From IMG/VR virus record IMGVR_UViG_3300022719_000152, positions 74,639 through 138,638 of that record: 64,000 nucleotides of DNA; one strand, given 5' to 3'. This stretch comes from a virus. Position numbers and translations under genes: made by a program. Shown here piece after piece: positions 46,297 through 55,632 of the stretch; the stretch's first letter is position 1, and every line of letters begins with the position of its first letter. The notes beneath the pieces were generated by a model that saw only the letters and a list, made by a program, of their open reading frames with translations, made no database searches and was not told where the DNA came from.

Positions 46297-47530
46297 AGCC
46301 TTCTTCAAATACATGTGGAGGTTCGATGACCGGAAGGTCAAGATCCACCTCTCCATGCATCCAGAAGTACGCTACCCGGCGCTAGATGGCACTGGGGAGT
46401 GGCCATTCATGATGATCGAGCGGTACTTCGTGAAGGGAGCGGGTAAGTCCCGCAAGGGGGCCTACGTCACAGTACCACCAGAGGGAGAGCAAGACGTCGT
46501 AGATGCTTTGGCTCATCCCACTCAATGGGGGCTGGACCAAGAGCCAAACAGGATGTTCGAGAAGGCCCGCAAGAGTGTGTCCTATGTGGTCACCGGCTGG
46601 ATAGAGCACTGGTTCCACATGGTGAAGTTCCAACGCAAGGGCAAGGACTCCACCTGGTGGGAGAAGGTGATTTGTGACGGGCGTGGTTGCACGATGTGTA
46701 ACCACGAGCTGCACAAGGTTCCCTATAAGGACGGTGTGAAGGCAGTGGACATCTCTGAGAAGCGGGTATTCGGCAAACGGTTTCACTCAACCATTGCCCG
46801 AACTCACTTCGACGAGTCGTTCCTCAAGGCCAACACAGACATTGAGGCTAATTGTAAGTGTGGAGGGTTCATTTACCCTGAGTACTTCGGGTGCCAAAAG
46901 TGCGAGGAAGTCCTGATTGACATGTCGCTGCAATGCCAATCTTGCGAGGGCGATGTGGTGGGAATTGACCCAGACCAGCGGGTTGCTGTCTGCCAGAACA
47001 AAAATTGTGGTGAGGAGTGGAGCCTGTTGATTCAGGACCACGCCGGCATCGTCAAGAATCTAGACAATGAGATCAAGTGCCACAACTGCGGCCACACAGA
47101 CACTCCAGTTCCTAAAATGGTGTGCACCAGCTGCGACGACTACGACCCATACACCCTCTACGACTGTCAACTGACGGTCCACAAGACTGGTGAAGGGAAG
47201 AACTCAGAGTTGCACATCGACAACGTGATCATCCAAGAGGCAGACGAGCGGTTGTTCGACCCGAACTTCCAGAACAGCTACCCGGATGACGACGAAGAGG
47301 GCCCAGAGAAGGCCCAGAAGGCTGCTGAGTGGAACAAGTCGGTGTTCGACTTGAACGACCTCTACGGCCACAAGTCTGCAGGCGAACAGGCTGCAGAGCT
47401 AGATGTAGAGAACCCCTTCCGCACCGCTGGTGGTGGGTCCAGTGAACAGCACAAGAGCTACGGGCGGAACCGGCACCAGGAAAAGGGTGACGGGGACAAA
47501 ACCGTTGAGGACGACGAAGACGCCGCGTAG
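46214..47530 (+). CDS. Multi-zinc-finger protein, putative ssDNA-binding protein
   Basis: Between primase and DNA polymerase; ~7 Cys pairs; acidic C-terminus EDDEDAA. Confidence 0.5.
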   Translation: MKGMSAGWRKNKKENENRARSGGGGSNKAFFKYMWRFDDRKVKIHLSMHPEVRYPALDGTGEWPFMMIERYFVKGAGKSRKGAYVTVPPEGEQDVVDALAHPTQWGLDQEPNRMFEKARKSVSYVVTGWIEHWFHMVKFQRKGKDSTWWEKVICDGRGCTMCNHELHKVPYKDGVKAVDISEKRVFGKRFHSTIARTHFDESFLKANTDIEANCKCGGFIYPEYFGCQKCEEVLIDMSLQCQSCEGDVVGIDPDQRVAVCQNKNCGEEWSLLIQDHAGIVKNLDNEIKCHNCGHTDTPVPKMVCTSCDDYDPYTLYDCQLTVHKTGEGKNSELHIDNVIIQEADERLFDPNFQNSYPDDDEEGPEKAQKAAEWNKSVFDLNDLYGHKSAGEQAAELDVENPFRTAGGGSSEQHKSYGRNRHQEKGDGDKTVEDDEDAA

Positions 47531-47543
47531 CTGAAGGAACACC

Positions 47544-47576
47544 GCCTGGGGGCCCGAGCCCCCAGGCTTTTCTTTT
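47544..47576 (+). terminator. Intrinsic terminator immediately before polA SD
   Basis: GCCTGGGGGC-CCGA-GCCCCCAGGC TTTTCTTTT. Confidence 0.8.
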
Positions 47577-47585
47577 GGAGACACG

Positions 47586-50500
47586 ATGACTTTCAATCCC
47601 AACGTACCGGACCCGGAGTATATCGGGACGGATAAAGAGGCCGCGGAGCTCCTGCGGCTGCTCATGCGCAAGGTGGAAGAGGAACCCGACGACTTCATGG
47701 GGTTCGACACCGAGACGTATGGAAAGAAGCTGCCTATCAAGGGTAGGAACCTGGACTGGGTGACAGACAAGGTCACCTTGTGGTCCTTGTCCTGCACATT
47801 GGAGAACGAGTACCGACGCTGGTGCATTCCCGGACAGTACTTCCAGTTCTTCTCACCCCTGTTGGAGAACCCGCTCCTCAATGTTGCGGGGTTCAACCTA
47901 AAGTACGACGCCCACATCTCGTGGAACTGCCGAGTCAACATCTGGAACTGCCGGACACTGATTGACGGCCTAGCGTTGATCAAACTCATCGACGAGAACC
48001 GTATGGCCTCAGATCTGAAGACTACGGCCGAAGAATACTGCGGTCTACGGATGACCAAGTACAAGAGCCTATTCAAGGGGGTAATCGATCCCAAGACAGG
48101 GAAGGAAGCCAAGGAGTATGAGACCTCCCTGCTAGACCTCATTGAGGCTGGGCACATCGACAAGGTGTCCAACTATGCGTCCTACGATGCGTTCGCTCAC
48201 CTCCGTCTCTTCGAGCGGCTGCGCGATATTTTACGCATCACACCTATCGGGACCGATGGTGACAACATGTGGGAGTACTTCCTCCGCATGGAGATGCACG
48301 TCACCGAGGTCCTATGGAGGATGGAACGTAGAGGAATGTGTCTAGACCTAGGGTATCTTCAAGATTTGATTCCAGAGATAGACGGCAAGATCAAAGAGGC
48401 AGAACGAGATGTAAATCGCATCGCTAGTACGGTCATCAACGTCAACTCTCCAGCACAGTTAGCCGACCTGTTCTTCAGCAACAACGAGCTGAAAGGCGGA
48501 GGCCAGGGTTTTGGCCTACAACCCATCAAGCTGACCAAGTCTAGAGCCGCATCCACCGACAAGGATGTCATGGCGGCGCTCACGGAGCTTGGCGGAGAGG
48601 CTGGCGAAGTAGCGCGTCTGGTCGTGGCGATACGTACTCTGTCCAAGACCAAGAACACCTACATGGAGAACCTTCGCAAGCTGGCGGAGTACTTCCCTGA
48701 CGGCAGGATTCACCCCAGCTTCAATCAGTTTGGCGCTGCTACGGGTCGCTTCTCTACGAACAATCCAAACTGTGTGGATGGTGAAACTGAGGTCCTCACC
48801 ACGCAAGGTTGGGTTCGGTTTGATAAGTTGGAGGCTTGGGAAGACGAACCAGACATGGTGGCTCCTTTGGTAGCGCAATGGGTTCCAAAGACAGGGACCA
48901 TTGAGTTTGTCCAAGCAGGCCTAATTGAGCAGCACTACACTGGTGAGATGGTTCATGTAGAAAATCAGCACATCGATCTCCTCATGACCCCAAATCACCG
49001 CTGTCCACTCATCAATAGGCAAACCGGAGAGCTTCAAGTGCTGGAAGCCAAGGACTACAAAGAAGACAAGAAGCAGCTTCATGCAGGACACTGGTTCCGT
49101 AGTGCGGAGGATACCCCCTTGTCCTCTTCGATATCATATTCACAACTCACATTCCTTATTGCCGTACAAGCTGATGGGCACTGGCATGGCGGCGGTATTG
49201 ACTTTGGGTTCAATAAGAAAAGGAAGGCAGATCGTCTTCTGGCGACGCTGGAGAATATAGGGGCTAACTTTTCCTACAAGGAGGGCGGCTCCGCAGAGTA
49301 CAGGTTCAGAGTCAAGGCTGGGGATCTCGTAGAATGGGCCAAAGATCTCCTAGGAGAGGACAAAATCTTCTGGGACTGGATCACTATGTTGTCTTCGGAC
49401 CAACTCAAGTTCTTCTCGGAGGAAGTATTTTTCTGGGATGGATGTTGGGACCGGAAATCAATGTATGCCAGTAAATATAAAAAGAATGCTGACTGGGTTC
49501 AGATAGCTCTTACTCTCTGCGGCAAACGAGCTAAGGTTCGTAAGTATGAAACCCCAGAAGGTAGGGCGGATAGTTGGCAAGTAGACGTAACAGGCCGCGA
49601 TTACAGCATGACGACCAACATAAAAAGGTCTCGTCGTTCGTGGGATGGTACTGTTTACTGCGTCAGTGTTCCCTCCGGATTCTTTGTCGTCCGGCGTAAT
49701 GGGAAAGCCTGCATCACTGGGAACAGTCAGAACTTCCCTCGTCCAGACAACGACGAGTGGGGCATCCGAAAGGCATTCATCGCGCCCCCTGGGAAGAAGC
49801 TCATCGTAGCTGACTACGAGCAGCTAGAAATGCGGATCATGGCAGACCGGTCACGGGACAAGGCAATGATCCAAGCCATCCTCGACGGCAAGGACCTGCA
49901 CAGCTTCACGGCTGCCAGCATGACCCCCGGCGTCAAGTATGAGGAAGTAGTCGCAGCGAAGAAGACTAACGAACCTGACCCAGCCCAGAAGATGTTGAAG
50001 CTCCTGCGCCAAGACATGAAGGCAGTTGGCTTTGGCATCATCTATGGTGCTGGTCCCAAGAAGATTGGCGAGTCCATCGAGATCCTAGAAGAGGATATTC
50101 GACAGAGGCTGGCCAGCATGGACTCCTCAAAGCTGAAGCGGAGAGTGTCCAGCAAGATGAGGGGCAACCCTCTGCTTACCGAAGAGGAAGCCATCGTGAA
50201 GGTTGCTCGAGAGAGCATCGCCGGCGACAAGATCCAGTCGTACTTCAAGGTCTTCCCCGGTGTTAAAGCCTACATGGAAGACATTCCAGCCTGGTGTCGA
50301 GAGTCTATGTACGTGGACCTCGACGGCAACGACCTGGAGTGGCACTTCTTCGAGCACGAGGACTGGCCTGGCTCAGTCGAGATGACGGTCTTCGGGCACG
50401 TAAGGCCTTTCGGATACGTCCAAACTCTCGTGGGTAGATACCGCCGTCTGGAGGACATCGACCACGACAAATTCATGCTACGTTCTGCTGCAGAACGACA

Positions 50501-50789
50501 AGCAATCAACACTCCCATCCAAGGCTCTGCATCAGACCTCATCAAGGGTGCGATGCTTCGTATCGAGTTCAACGATGAGCTCAACCGCTTGGGAGTGGAA
50601 CTGGTGAACCAGGTCCATGACGAGCTCGTCATGGAAGTTCCAGAAGAGAATGCAGAAGCGGCGTCTCCTATCGTGAAAGCGTGCATGGAGACGCCCTTTG
50701 AAGACGAGGACGGGGAACCATGGAATCCTCTGTGTGTACCCATCCCAGTAGATCTGAAGGTCGTTGACGTATGGGCATCGGCTAAATGA
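47586..50789 (+). CDS. polA: Family A DNA polymerase with 3'-5' exonuclease and intein
   Basis: FDTET, FNLKYD, YASYDA; TGRFS; ADYEQLEMR; KAVGFGIIYG; QVHDEL. Confidence 0.95.
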   Translation: MTFNPNVPDPEYIGTDKEAAELLRLLMRKVEEEPDDFMGFDTETYGKKLPIKGRNLDWVTDKVTLWSLSCTLENEYRRWCIPGQYFQFFSPLLENPLLNVAGFNLKYDAHISWNCRVNIWNCRTLIDGLALIKLIDENRMASDLKTTAEEYCGLRMTKYKSLFKGVIDPKTGKEAKEYETSLLDLIEAGHIDKVSNYASYDAFAHLRLFERLRDILRITPIGTDGDNMWEYFLRMEMHVTEVLWRMERRGMCLDLGYLQDLIPEIDGKIKEAERDVNRIASTVINVNSPAQLADLFFSNNELKGGGQGFGLQPIKLTKSRAASTDKDVMAALTELGGEAGEVARLVVAIRTLSKTKNTYMENLRKLAEYFPDGRIHPSFNQFGAATGRFSTNNPNCVDGETEVLTTQGWVRFDKLEAWEDEPDMVAPLVAQWVPKTGTIEFVQAGLIEQHYTGEMVHVENQHIDLLMTPNHRCPLINRQTGELQVLEAKDYKEDKKQLHAGHWFRSAEDTPLSSSISYSQLTFLIAVQADGHWHGGGIDFGFNKKRKADRLLATLENIGANFSYKEGGSAEYRFRVKAGDLVEWAKDLLGEDKIFWDWITMLSSDQLKFFSEEVFFWDGCWDRKSMYASKYKKNADWVQIALTLCGKRAKVRKYETPEGRADSWQVDVTGRDYSMTTNIKRSRRSWDGTVYCVSVPSGFFVVRRNGKACITGNSQNFPRPDNDEWGIRKAFIAPPGKKLIVADYEQLEMRIMADRSRDKAMIQAILDGKDLHSFTAASMTPGVKYEEVVAAKKTNEPDPAQKMLKLLRQDMKAVGFGIIYGAGPKKIGESIEILEEDIRQRLASMDSSKLKRRVSSKMRGNPLLTEEEAIVKVARESIAGDKIQSYFKVFPGVKAYMEDIPAWCRESMYVDLDGNDLEWHFFEHEDWPGSVEMTVFGHVRPFGYVQTLVGRYRRLEDIDHDKFMLRSAAERQAINTPIQGSASDLIKGAMLRIEFNDELNRLGVELVNQVHDELVMEVPEENAEAASPIVKACMETPFEDEDGEPWNPLCVPIPVDLKVVDVWASAK
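48771..49724 (+). mobile_element. Intein in PolA (318 aa, LAGLIDADG-like)
   Basis: NPN|CVDGETEVLT...TPNH...VQADG...FFWDG...VYCVSVPSGFFVVRRNG..TGN|SQNFP. Confidence 0.9.
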
Positions 50790-50977
50790 CGGAGAACACC
50801 ATGTCAGAAGAAGAAGATGAAGGAATGAACAAATACGCGGTGGTTACAGATGACGAGAAGACGAAGCAGGCTTCTGAAGGTTCTGGACCCACTACTTGTC
50901 CGTCTTGCGAGAGTAAGCTCGACAGTGGTGGGGCGTGCCCAAAGCATGGCACAGAGCCTTTCGAACCAAAGAAGTGA
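50786..50977 (+). CDS. Small zinc-finger protein
   Basis: CPSC...CPKH; also carries TKQAS motif. Confidence 0.6.
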   Translation: MTENTMSEEEDEGMNKYAVVTDDEKTKQASEGSGPTTCPSCESKLDSGGACPKHGTEPFEPKK

Positions 50978-51413
50978 GGAACAACCTCTTGTCCGGGGCT
51001 GCAGAGAATGCGGCTCCATATTTGAGGTCAACTACTACAGACACACTACGCTAAAGCTACCAACCATGGGCCATTGCCCGCGGTGCTCCAGCTACAGAGT
51101 AAAAGACCTCGGATCGCTTCCCTACCTGAGTCAACAGGACGGGGAGTGGTTCCTGATGGGTGCAAAGGGTCAAGTGATTGGTCCTTACGGCTCAGACACA
51201 GATGCCCAGGCTCACATGTGGGACTGGTTCAACGCTTTCGGTGAAAGGGAAAATCATGGCAGCAGCGAAGAAAAAGAAGGTGGTCCTGAAGAAGGCGGTT
51301 ACGAAGAAGACCACCAAGAAGAAGAAGGGCGTGAAGAAAAAGACGGGGACGAAGAAACCCGGTACCGCCCGAAAGTCATCGACCTCGGAAGAGCCCGCCA
51401 AGGAAAGACCTAA
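50946..51413 (+). CDS. Zinc-ribbon protein overlapping recA 5' end
   Basis: CREC...CPRC; start uncertain. Confidence 0.45.
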   Translation: MAQSLSNQRSEEQPLVRGCRECGSIFEVNYYRHTTLKLPTMGHCPRCSSYRVKDLGSLPYLSQQDGEWFLMGAKGQVIGPYGSDTDAQAHMWDWFNAFGERENHGSSEEKEGGPEEGGYEEDHQEEEGREEKDGDEETRYRPKVIDLGRARQGKT

Positions 51414-52629
51414 ACCCCAAGACAGGGTCGGCAAGATGTTTGACGACCTGGTCAAGAAAGAGAAGGCAACGGGGGTCCAGGTGCAGAGGGCTAGTGACGT
51501 GATCACGGCTCATCACATCCGCAGGCCCACGGGTATCTTGGACCTAGACCTGGGACTCGGTGGGGGTCTCCATGCTGGGGGCCACATCGAGGTCTTCGGA
51601 GCAGAGTCTGCCGGCAAGACAGCCTTCTGTTTCCGCGTTGCCGGCGAGGTCCAACGTATCTACGGAGACGATTCGGTCATCGTGTACCTGGCCACGGAGA
51701 CCAACCCGGACATCACCTTCGCGAGGCGCAATGGGTTCTGTGTATCTTACCCAGAGCAGTCCATTGAGTCCTTCGAGCGCATCTTGAAGAGCAAGGGACA
51801 ACCACCCTTCTCAGCGGATGAGCTGGACGACCTCCGGTGTCAGATCGGAGAGGTCATCATCATCAAAGGTGCAACCTCTGATGAGTCTCTGGAGATCTTG
51901 GTCAAGGCTATCAAGAAGTTCGGGGACAGAATTCAGCTTATCATCATCGACTCTCTAGGTGCTCTACTGCCGAAGCACGTAGAAGAAGGAGAGGTGGGGG
52001 ACGCCCACTACGGTGGCTCCAGCAGAATGGTCACCAACTTCATGAACAAGGTCACCCCTGAGTTTCTCATGCAGAAGGCAGACGGGACTGTCCTTGAGAC
52101 CACCATCCTTGGAATCAACCAAGCCAGAGCAGACATGCGTACTGCCTCGAAGCGGGAGACCAAAGCAGCCGCGGGGGCTTACGCTTGGAAGCATGGGCAG
52201 CTCGCCAGCATCGAACTCAAGAAGGGAAAACCGCTGGCCGCTACCAAGGACAAGGCCGGTCACGAGGTCAACTGGACCATCCGCAAGGGTAAGGTTGGGG
52301 CTCGTGACGGCAAGAAGGGGACCTACATCTGGAAGAACGCCCCCACACAGAAGCCTGCCTACTGGGATGAGTGTGAAGCTCAGCTCGATGACGTAGGGAT
52401 TCAAACACTAGAGCCTCTCATCAGCGCCGGAATTTCTAGCGGTGCTCTGGTGTTGGGAGGGAGTTGGATCACATGGGATTCTTTGAACGATGAGGGTGAG
52501 ACAGAGCGGCTCTGCAAAGTCCAAGGTCAGGATGCATTCAAAGCCTTCATCCTGAAGAACCCTCATCTTCGGATGCGCCTCTACGAGGACACCATGCGGT
52601 GCGCTGGCCTCATGGTGGAATTCAGGTGA
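51256..52629 (+). CDS. recA: RecA/UvsX-like recombinase with Lys-rich N-terminal tail
   Basis: PTGILDLDLGLGGG...IEVFGAESAGKT, IIIDSL, INQ.R; start revised to ATG 51256. Confidence 0.85.
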   Translation: MAAAKKKKVVLKKAVTKKTTKKKKGVKKKTGTKKPGTARKSSTSEEPAKERPKPQDRVGKMFDDLVKKEKATGVQVQRASDVITAHHIRRPTGILDLDLGLGGGLHAGGHIEVFGAESAGKTAFCFRVAGEVQRIYGDDSVIVYLATETNPDITFARRNGFCVSYPEQSIESFERILKSKGQPPFSADELDDLRCQIGEVIIIKGATSDESLEILVKAIKKFGDRIQLIIIDSLGALLPKHVEEGEVGDAHYGGSSRMVTNFMNKVTPEFLMQKADGTVLETTILGINQARADMRTASKRETKAAAGAYAWKHGQLASIELKKGKPLAATKDKAGHEVNWTIRKGKVGARDGKKGTYIWKNAPTQKPAYWDECEAQLDDVGIQTLEPLISAGISSGALVLGGSWITWDSLNDEGETERLCKVQGQDAFKAFILKNPHLRMRLYEDTMRCAGLMVEFR

Positions 52630-53123
52630 GTGTACTGCTCATCCATTGTACCGCTTGCCGAGAGACAAACAGCATCTACAAGCGGGCGTATAACGCTAGC
52701 AAGTACTCTGGGCTGGGTTACCCTTGCCCCTCTTGTAGAGCAGCAGACCTCACCAAGACAGGGGAGATCGTCAACTCCAAAGTGAAAGGGCCCACTGTGC
52801 AAAAGCGTAGCAAGGACCAAGAGAAGAGAGCAGCCAGACGTTACGGAGGCAGTAGGACCGCGGCGTCTGGTGCTCTGGATGAGAAGGGTGATGTCAGGGT
52901 GCACGGAGTCATGCGCATTGAGTGCAAATACACCGCCGCCAAGTCGTTCACGCTCAAGAGAGAGGAGCTTGAGAAGATTGAAAAGGAAGCAATCGCTGCC
53001 GGCGAGATGCCTGTGTTTGAAATCGAGTTCCAGAACCACCACCCAAAGAGGAGGTTTGTAGTTCTTAGGGAAGAGGATTTCGACGAACTCAACAGAAAAT
53101 CTAAGGCTTACATAGGAGGGTAG
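52626..53123 (+). CDS. Hjc-like PD-(D/E)XK Holliday junction resolvase with Zn finger
   Basis: QEKRAA...SGA...KGDV...IECK; GTGA overlap start. Confidence 0.7.
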   Translation: MSVLLIHCTACRETNSIYKRAYNASKYSGLGYPCPSCRAADLTKTGEIVNSKVKGPTVQKRSKDQEKRAARRYGGSRTAASGALDEKGDVRVHGVMRIECKYTAAKSFTLKREELEKIEKEAIAAGEMPVFEIEFQNHHPKRRFVVLREEDFDELNRKSKAYIGG

Positions 53124-53127
53124 GTAG

Positions 53128-53970
53128 TTGGAGGCGATACACACCATAGACGACTTGCTTTGGGCTAAAGAGAACAACCCAAGTCTGGTCAAGGAATGCC
53201 TCAAAGAGGTCACCGTCATGGAGGACCTTGAGACATACCTGAAGTGGTTGTCCGACAACGAGGTTACGACCAACGTGACCGTGAACCTGCGCCGTAACAG
53301 GGGCAGAGACTTGGGCATCCACCCATCGTCTGCTTGCAAGAAGGACGTTTGCCTCCTGAAGCTCTACTACGAGTGTACGGGGGAGTTAGAGCCCTACCGA
53401 GCATACGATCAGAAGATGCAGCAGATTTGGGACCAAGGAACACTTCTACACGACTTGTTCCAGGTCCACTTCAATGAGCTGTACGAAGACCAATTCAAAG
53501 ATGAAGTCCCACTGGTAGACCAGCAGCTCCATATCAAGAGCCACGCCGATGGGATCTTCACCTTCACTCGCGTGCGAATCGTGTTGGAGATGAAGAGCAT
53601 CAAGGAAGGAGGGAACTTTGGCTGGGCCAAGGTGCACGACAAGCCGTTTGAGGACAACGTTCGACAGGCGCACTTCTACATGTACCTGGAGAACGTTCCC
53701 TTCGCGATCATATTCTACATCAACAAGAACAATGGGGAGATCAAAGAGCACCCGGTCGTGTTTGATGAGGAGATTTGGGCGCAGATGAGAGACGAGGTTG
53801 TCCTTCCCGTAGTCGATGCCGTGTACAACGATGGCGAGATGGTGAAGGGCACCCCCGGCTGGCACTGCAGAAGATGTGACTTTTACCGCTCGTGTGAGAC
53901 AGCAAGGAGGCATAAAGGCCGTGTCAAGGGAGCAACAGCAAGTTCATGGGGAAGGCGACTTCGGCGCTGA
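53128..53970 (+). CDS. Cas4-like PD-(D/E)XK exonuclease
   Basis: HPSS..C, GTLLH, HADG, EMKS, Q..FYM, C-terminal CxxC...C. Confidence 0.75.
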   Translation: MEAIHTIDDLLWAKENNPSLVKECLKEVTVMEDLETYLKWLSDNEVTTNVTVNLRRNRGRDLGIHPSSACKKDVCLLKLYYECTGELEPYRAYDQKMQQIWDQGTLLHDLFQVHFNELYEDQFKDEVPLVDQQLHIKSHADGIFTFTRVRIVLEMKSIKEGGNFGWAKVHDKPFEDNVRQAHFYMYLENVPFAIIFYINKNNGEIKEHPVVFDEEIWAQMRDEVVLPVVDAVYNDGEMVKGTPGWHCRRCDFYRSCETARRHKGRVKGATASSWGRRLRR

Positions 53971-54757
53971 ACTCCAAAGAACTACAGATAAAGATGTCGA
54001 AGTTGCCTATAACTTTGCGGAAGAAGTCATAGACGACCTCAACAAGATGGGCTTGAAGGCGAAGAGCATACCCACGGTGGACGAAAGCCTCAAAGGAATG
54101 TTCCACGAGTTAGAGCCAGGTAGCTATTTCGATGGCAGCCTACCGACAACTGTTCGAGGGCTAACCCTAGACCAGCTATCGAACCTCTACTCTCTGTTCT
54201 GCAACTGGTACGGCTATGTAAAGTACCAAGAAACAGTTACGGCTACTGCCTTGTCGGCGGCAAAAGCCAAGAGAGATTTTGTCCTTGCCCGACTCAGGAA
54301 GGGGGAGGCAGAGGACAGGAGGAACTCTGACAAAAACCTAGAGCCAGCAGACATCCGGGCCACGGCAGTGTCCAACTACCAGTACGTAGAAGCCAATGCC
54401 GAAGCCCTGTATCTCGAAGCACTGCATGCCTTTCTTGAGGCAGCCGTGAAAATGGCAGACAGGGACATGAAAAGGATCAGCCGAGAGGTGACCATTGTCC
54501 AAACCCAAATGGAGCATGGCAACCTGGCTGGCAATCTAGGAAGGCGCGGTAGGCGTGGCGAAGAAAACCGTGTGCGTGCCGCAAACTTCAGTAGCTTGGG
54601 TAGAAAGGACGATGACGATGGGGAAGCTGACGCTGAGAATGCTCCCAAAAGAACCACGAGGAAAAGCAAAGCGGCGAGCACCGTCCCGCGCAAAGCCCGC
54701 GGCACTAAAGGAGCACCAGGCCGAGGTAATAAAAAACGCCTTGTCCTCAAGCGGTGA
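53921..54757 (+). CDS. Hypothetical helical protein with basic tail (possible recombination mediator)
   Basis: GTG 53921 with AAGGAGG SD. Confidence 0.55.
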   Translation: MSREQQQVHGEGDFGAELQRTTDKDVEVAYNFAEEVIDDLNKMGLKAKSIPTVDESLKGMFHELEPGSYFDGSLPTTVRGLTLDQLSNLYSLFCNWYGYVKYQETVTATALSAAKAKRDFVLARLRKGEAEDRRNSDKNLEPADIRATAVSNYQYVEANAEALYLEALHAFLEAAVKMADRDMKRISREVTIVQTQMEHGNLAGNLGRRGRRGEENRVRAANFSSLGRKDDDDGEADAENAPKRTTRKSKAASTVPRKARGTKGAPGRGNKKRLVLKR

Positions 54758-55307
54758 CGCAGTATTGATCACCCTGGAGCTCCCACCATCAGTCAACAAG
54801 CTCTACGTCAAACGGCGTGGAGGTGGCCAAGCTCTCTCCGCGGAAGCAGTCAGATTCAACGAGAGGGTCAAGCAAACGGTCCAAGAGAACCTGCACAGGT
54901 TGAACCACTTGAGGTTCACCGAAGACACTGTGCTGGGCTTGGACCTCTTTCTCTACTTCGGCGCGCTGGAGAACCCAGGGTGGTTTGAGCAGTGGGAGAA
55001 AGACAGCAAGTACACGAAGGACATTCTGTTCAAGAAGGGTCCTCGAAAGGGTCAGGTGCAGCACAGGAAAGGAGAGTTCAGGCACCGGGCTGGAGAACGA
55101 AAGGCAAAAACCAAGTACAAGACCATTGACTACGACAACCGCATTAAGTTTCTGCAGGATGCCGTGGCCAAGACGATTGGCATCCCTGACGACAGCCAAA
55201 TCTTTGGTGGATTTCACTGCAAGCTGGAGGACCCGAACAACCCTCGCGCAGAAGTGATCGTCCGTGTGTCTGAGAGGGACTTGTACTTTCCAACGGAGGC
55301 ACCGTAA
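54555..55307 (+). CDS. RusA-family resolvase with basic insertion (true start likely downstream)
   Basis: LELPPSVNKLY, DYDNRIKFLQDA, DDSQI. Confidence 0.75.
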   Translation: MAKKTVCVPQTSVAWVERTMTMGKLTLRMLPKEPRGKAKRRAPSRAKPAALKEHQAEVIKNALSSSGDAVLITLELPPSVNKLYVKRRGGGQALSAEAVRFNERVKQTVQENLHRLNHLRFTEDTVLGLDLFLYFGALENPGWFEQWEKDSKYTKDILFKKGPRKGQVQHRKGEFRHRAGERKAKTKYKTIDYDNRIKFLQDAVAKTIGIPDDSQIFGGFHCKLEDPNNPRAEVIVRVSERDLYFPTEAP

Positions 55308-55630
55308 TGGCCAAGCAATCCGAGGTGCACATCGACTTGAATGATTTGAATCATTCTGAATTGGTGGCGCTGGCCAGGTTCAACGGCTTTGATTACGCCT
55401 CTAGAGCCTGGCCTAGAGAGGCGCTCATAGAAGCCCTCTCTGCCTTTGAAGATCCAGAGCTGAACAACCCTTTGGATAACAAGAGAGAACGCCTGAGTAC
55501 CTGGCTCAAAAGCAAGTGGGCCAAGATTCAGATGCAGGCATACAAAAGTGCATGCCCCGAGTGTTTCCTATGCAGGGATTCACAAGTGCTCCAGTGCTAC
55601 AACAAGAACAAACGGCACTTCGAGAGCTAA
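55307..55630 (+). CDS. Protein with N-terminal Rho-N/HeH-like motif and Cys cluster
   Basis: LNDLNHSELVALARFNG...REALIEAL; CPECFLC...C. Confidence 0.55.
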   Translation: MAKQSEVHIDLNDLNHSELVALARFNGFDYASRAWPREALIEALSAFEDPELNNPLDNKRERLSTWLKSKWAKIQMQAYKSACPECFLCRDSQVLQCYNKNKRHFES

Positions 55631-55632
55631 CT

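Noticed and set aside
50946-50977. Frameshift linking the 50786 Zn finger to the next ORF
   Set aside because: Downstream frame is +1, has its own ATG, and no convincing slippery site.
53128-53970. Cas4-like gene as sign of a CRISPR system
   Set aside because: No repeat-spacer array or other cas genes seen; solo Cas4-like nucleases are common in phage recombination modules.
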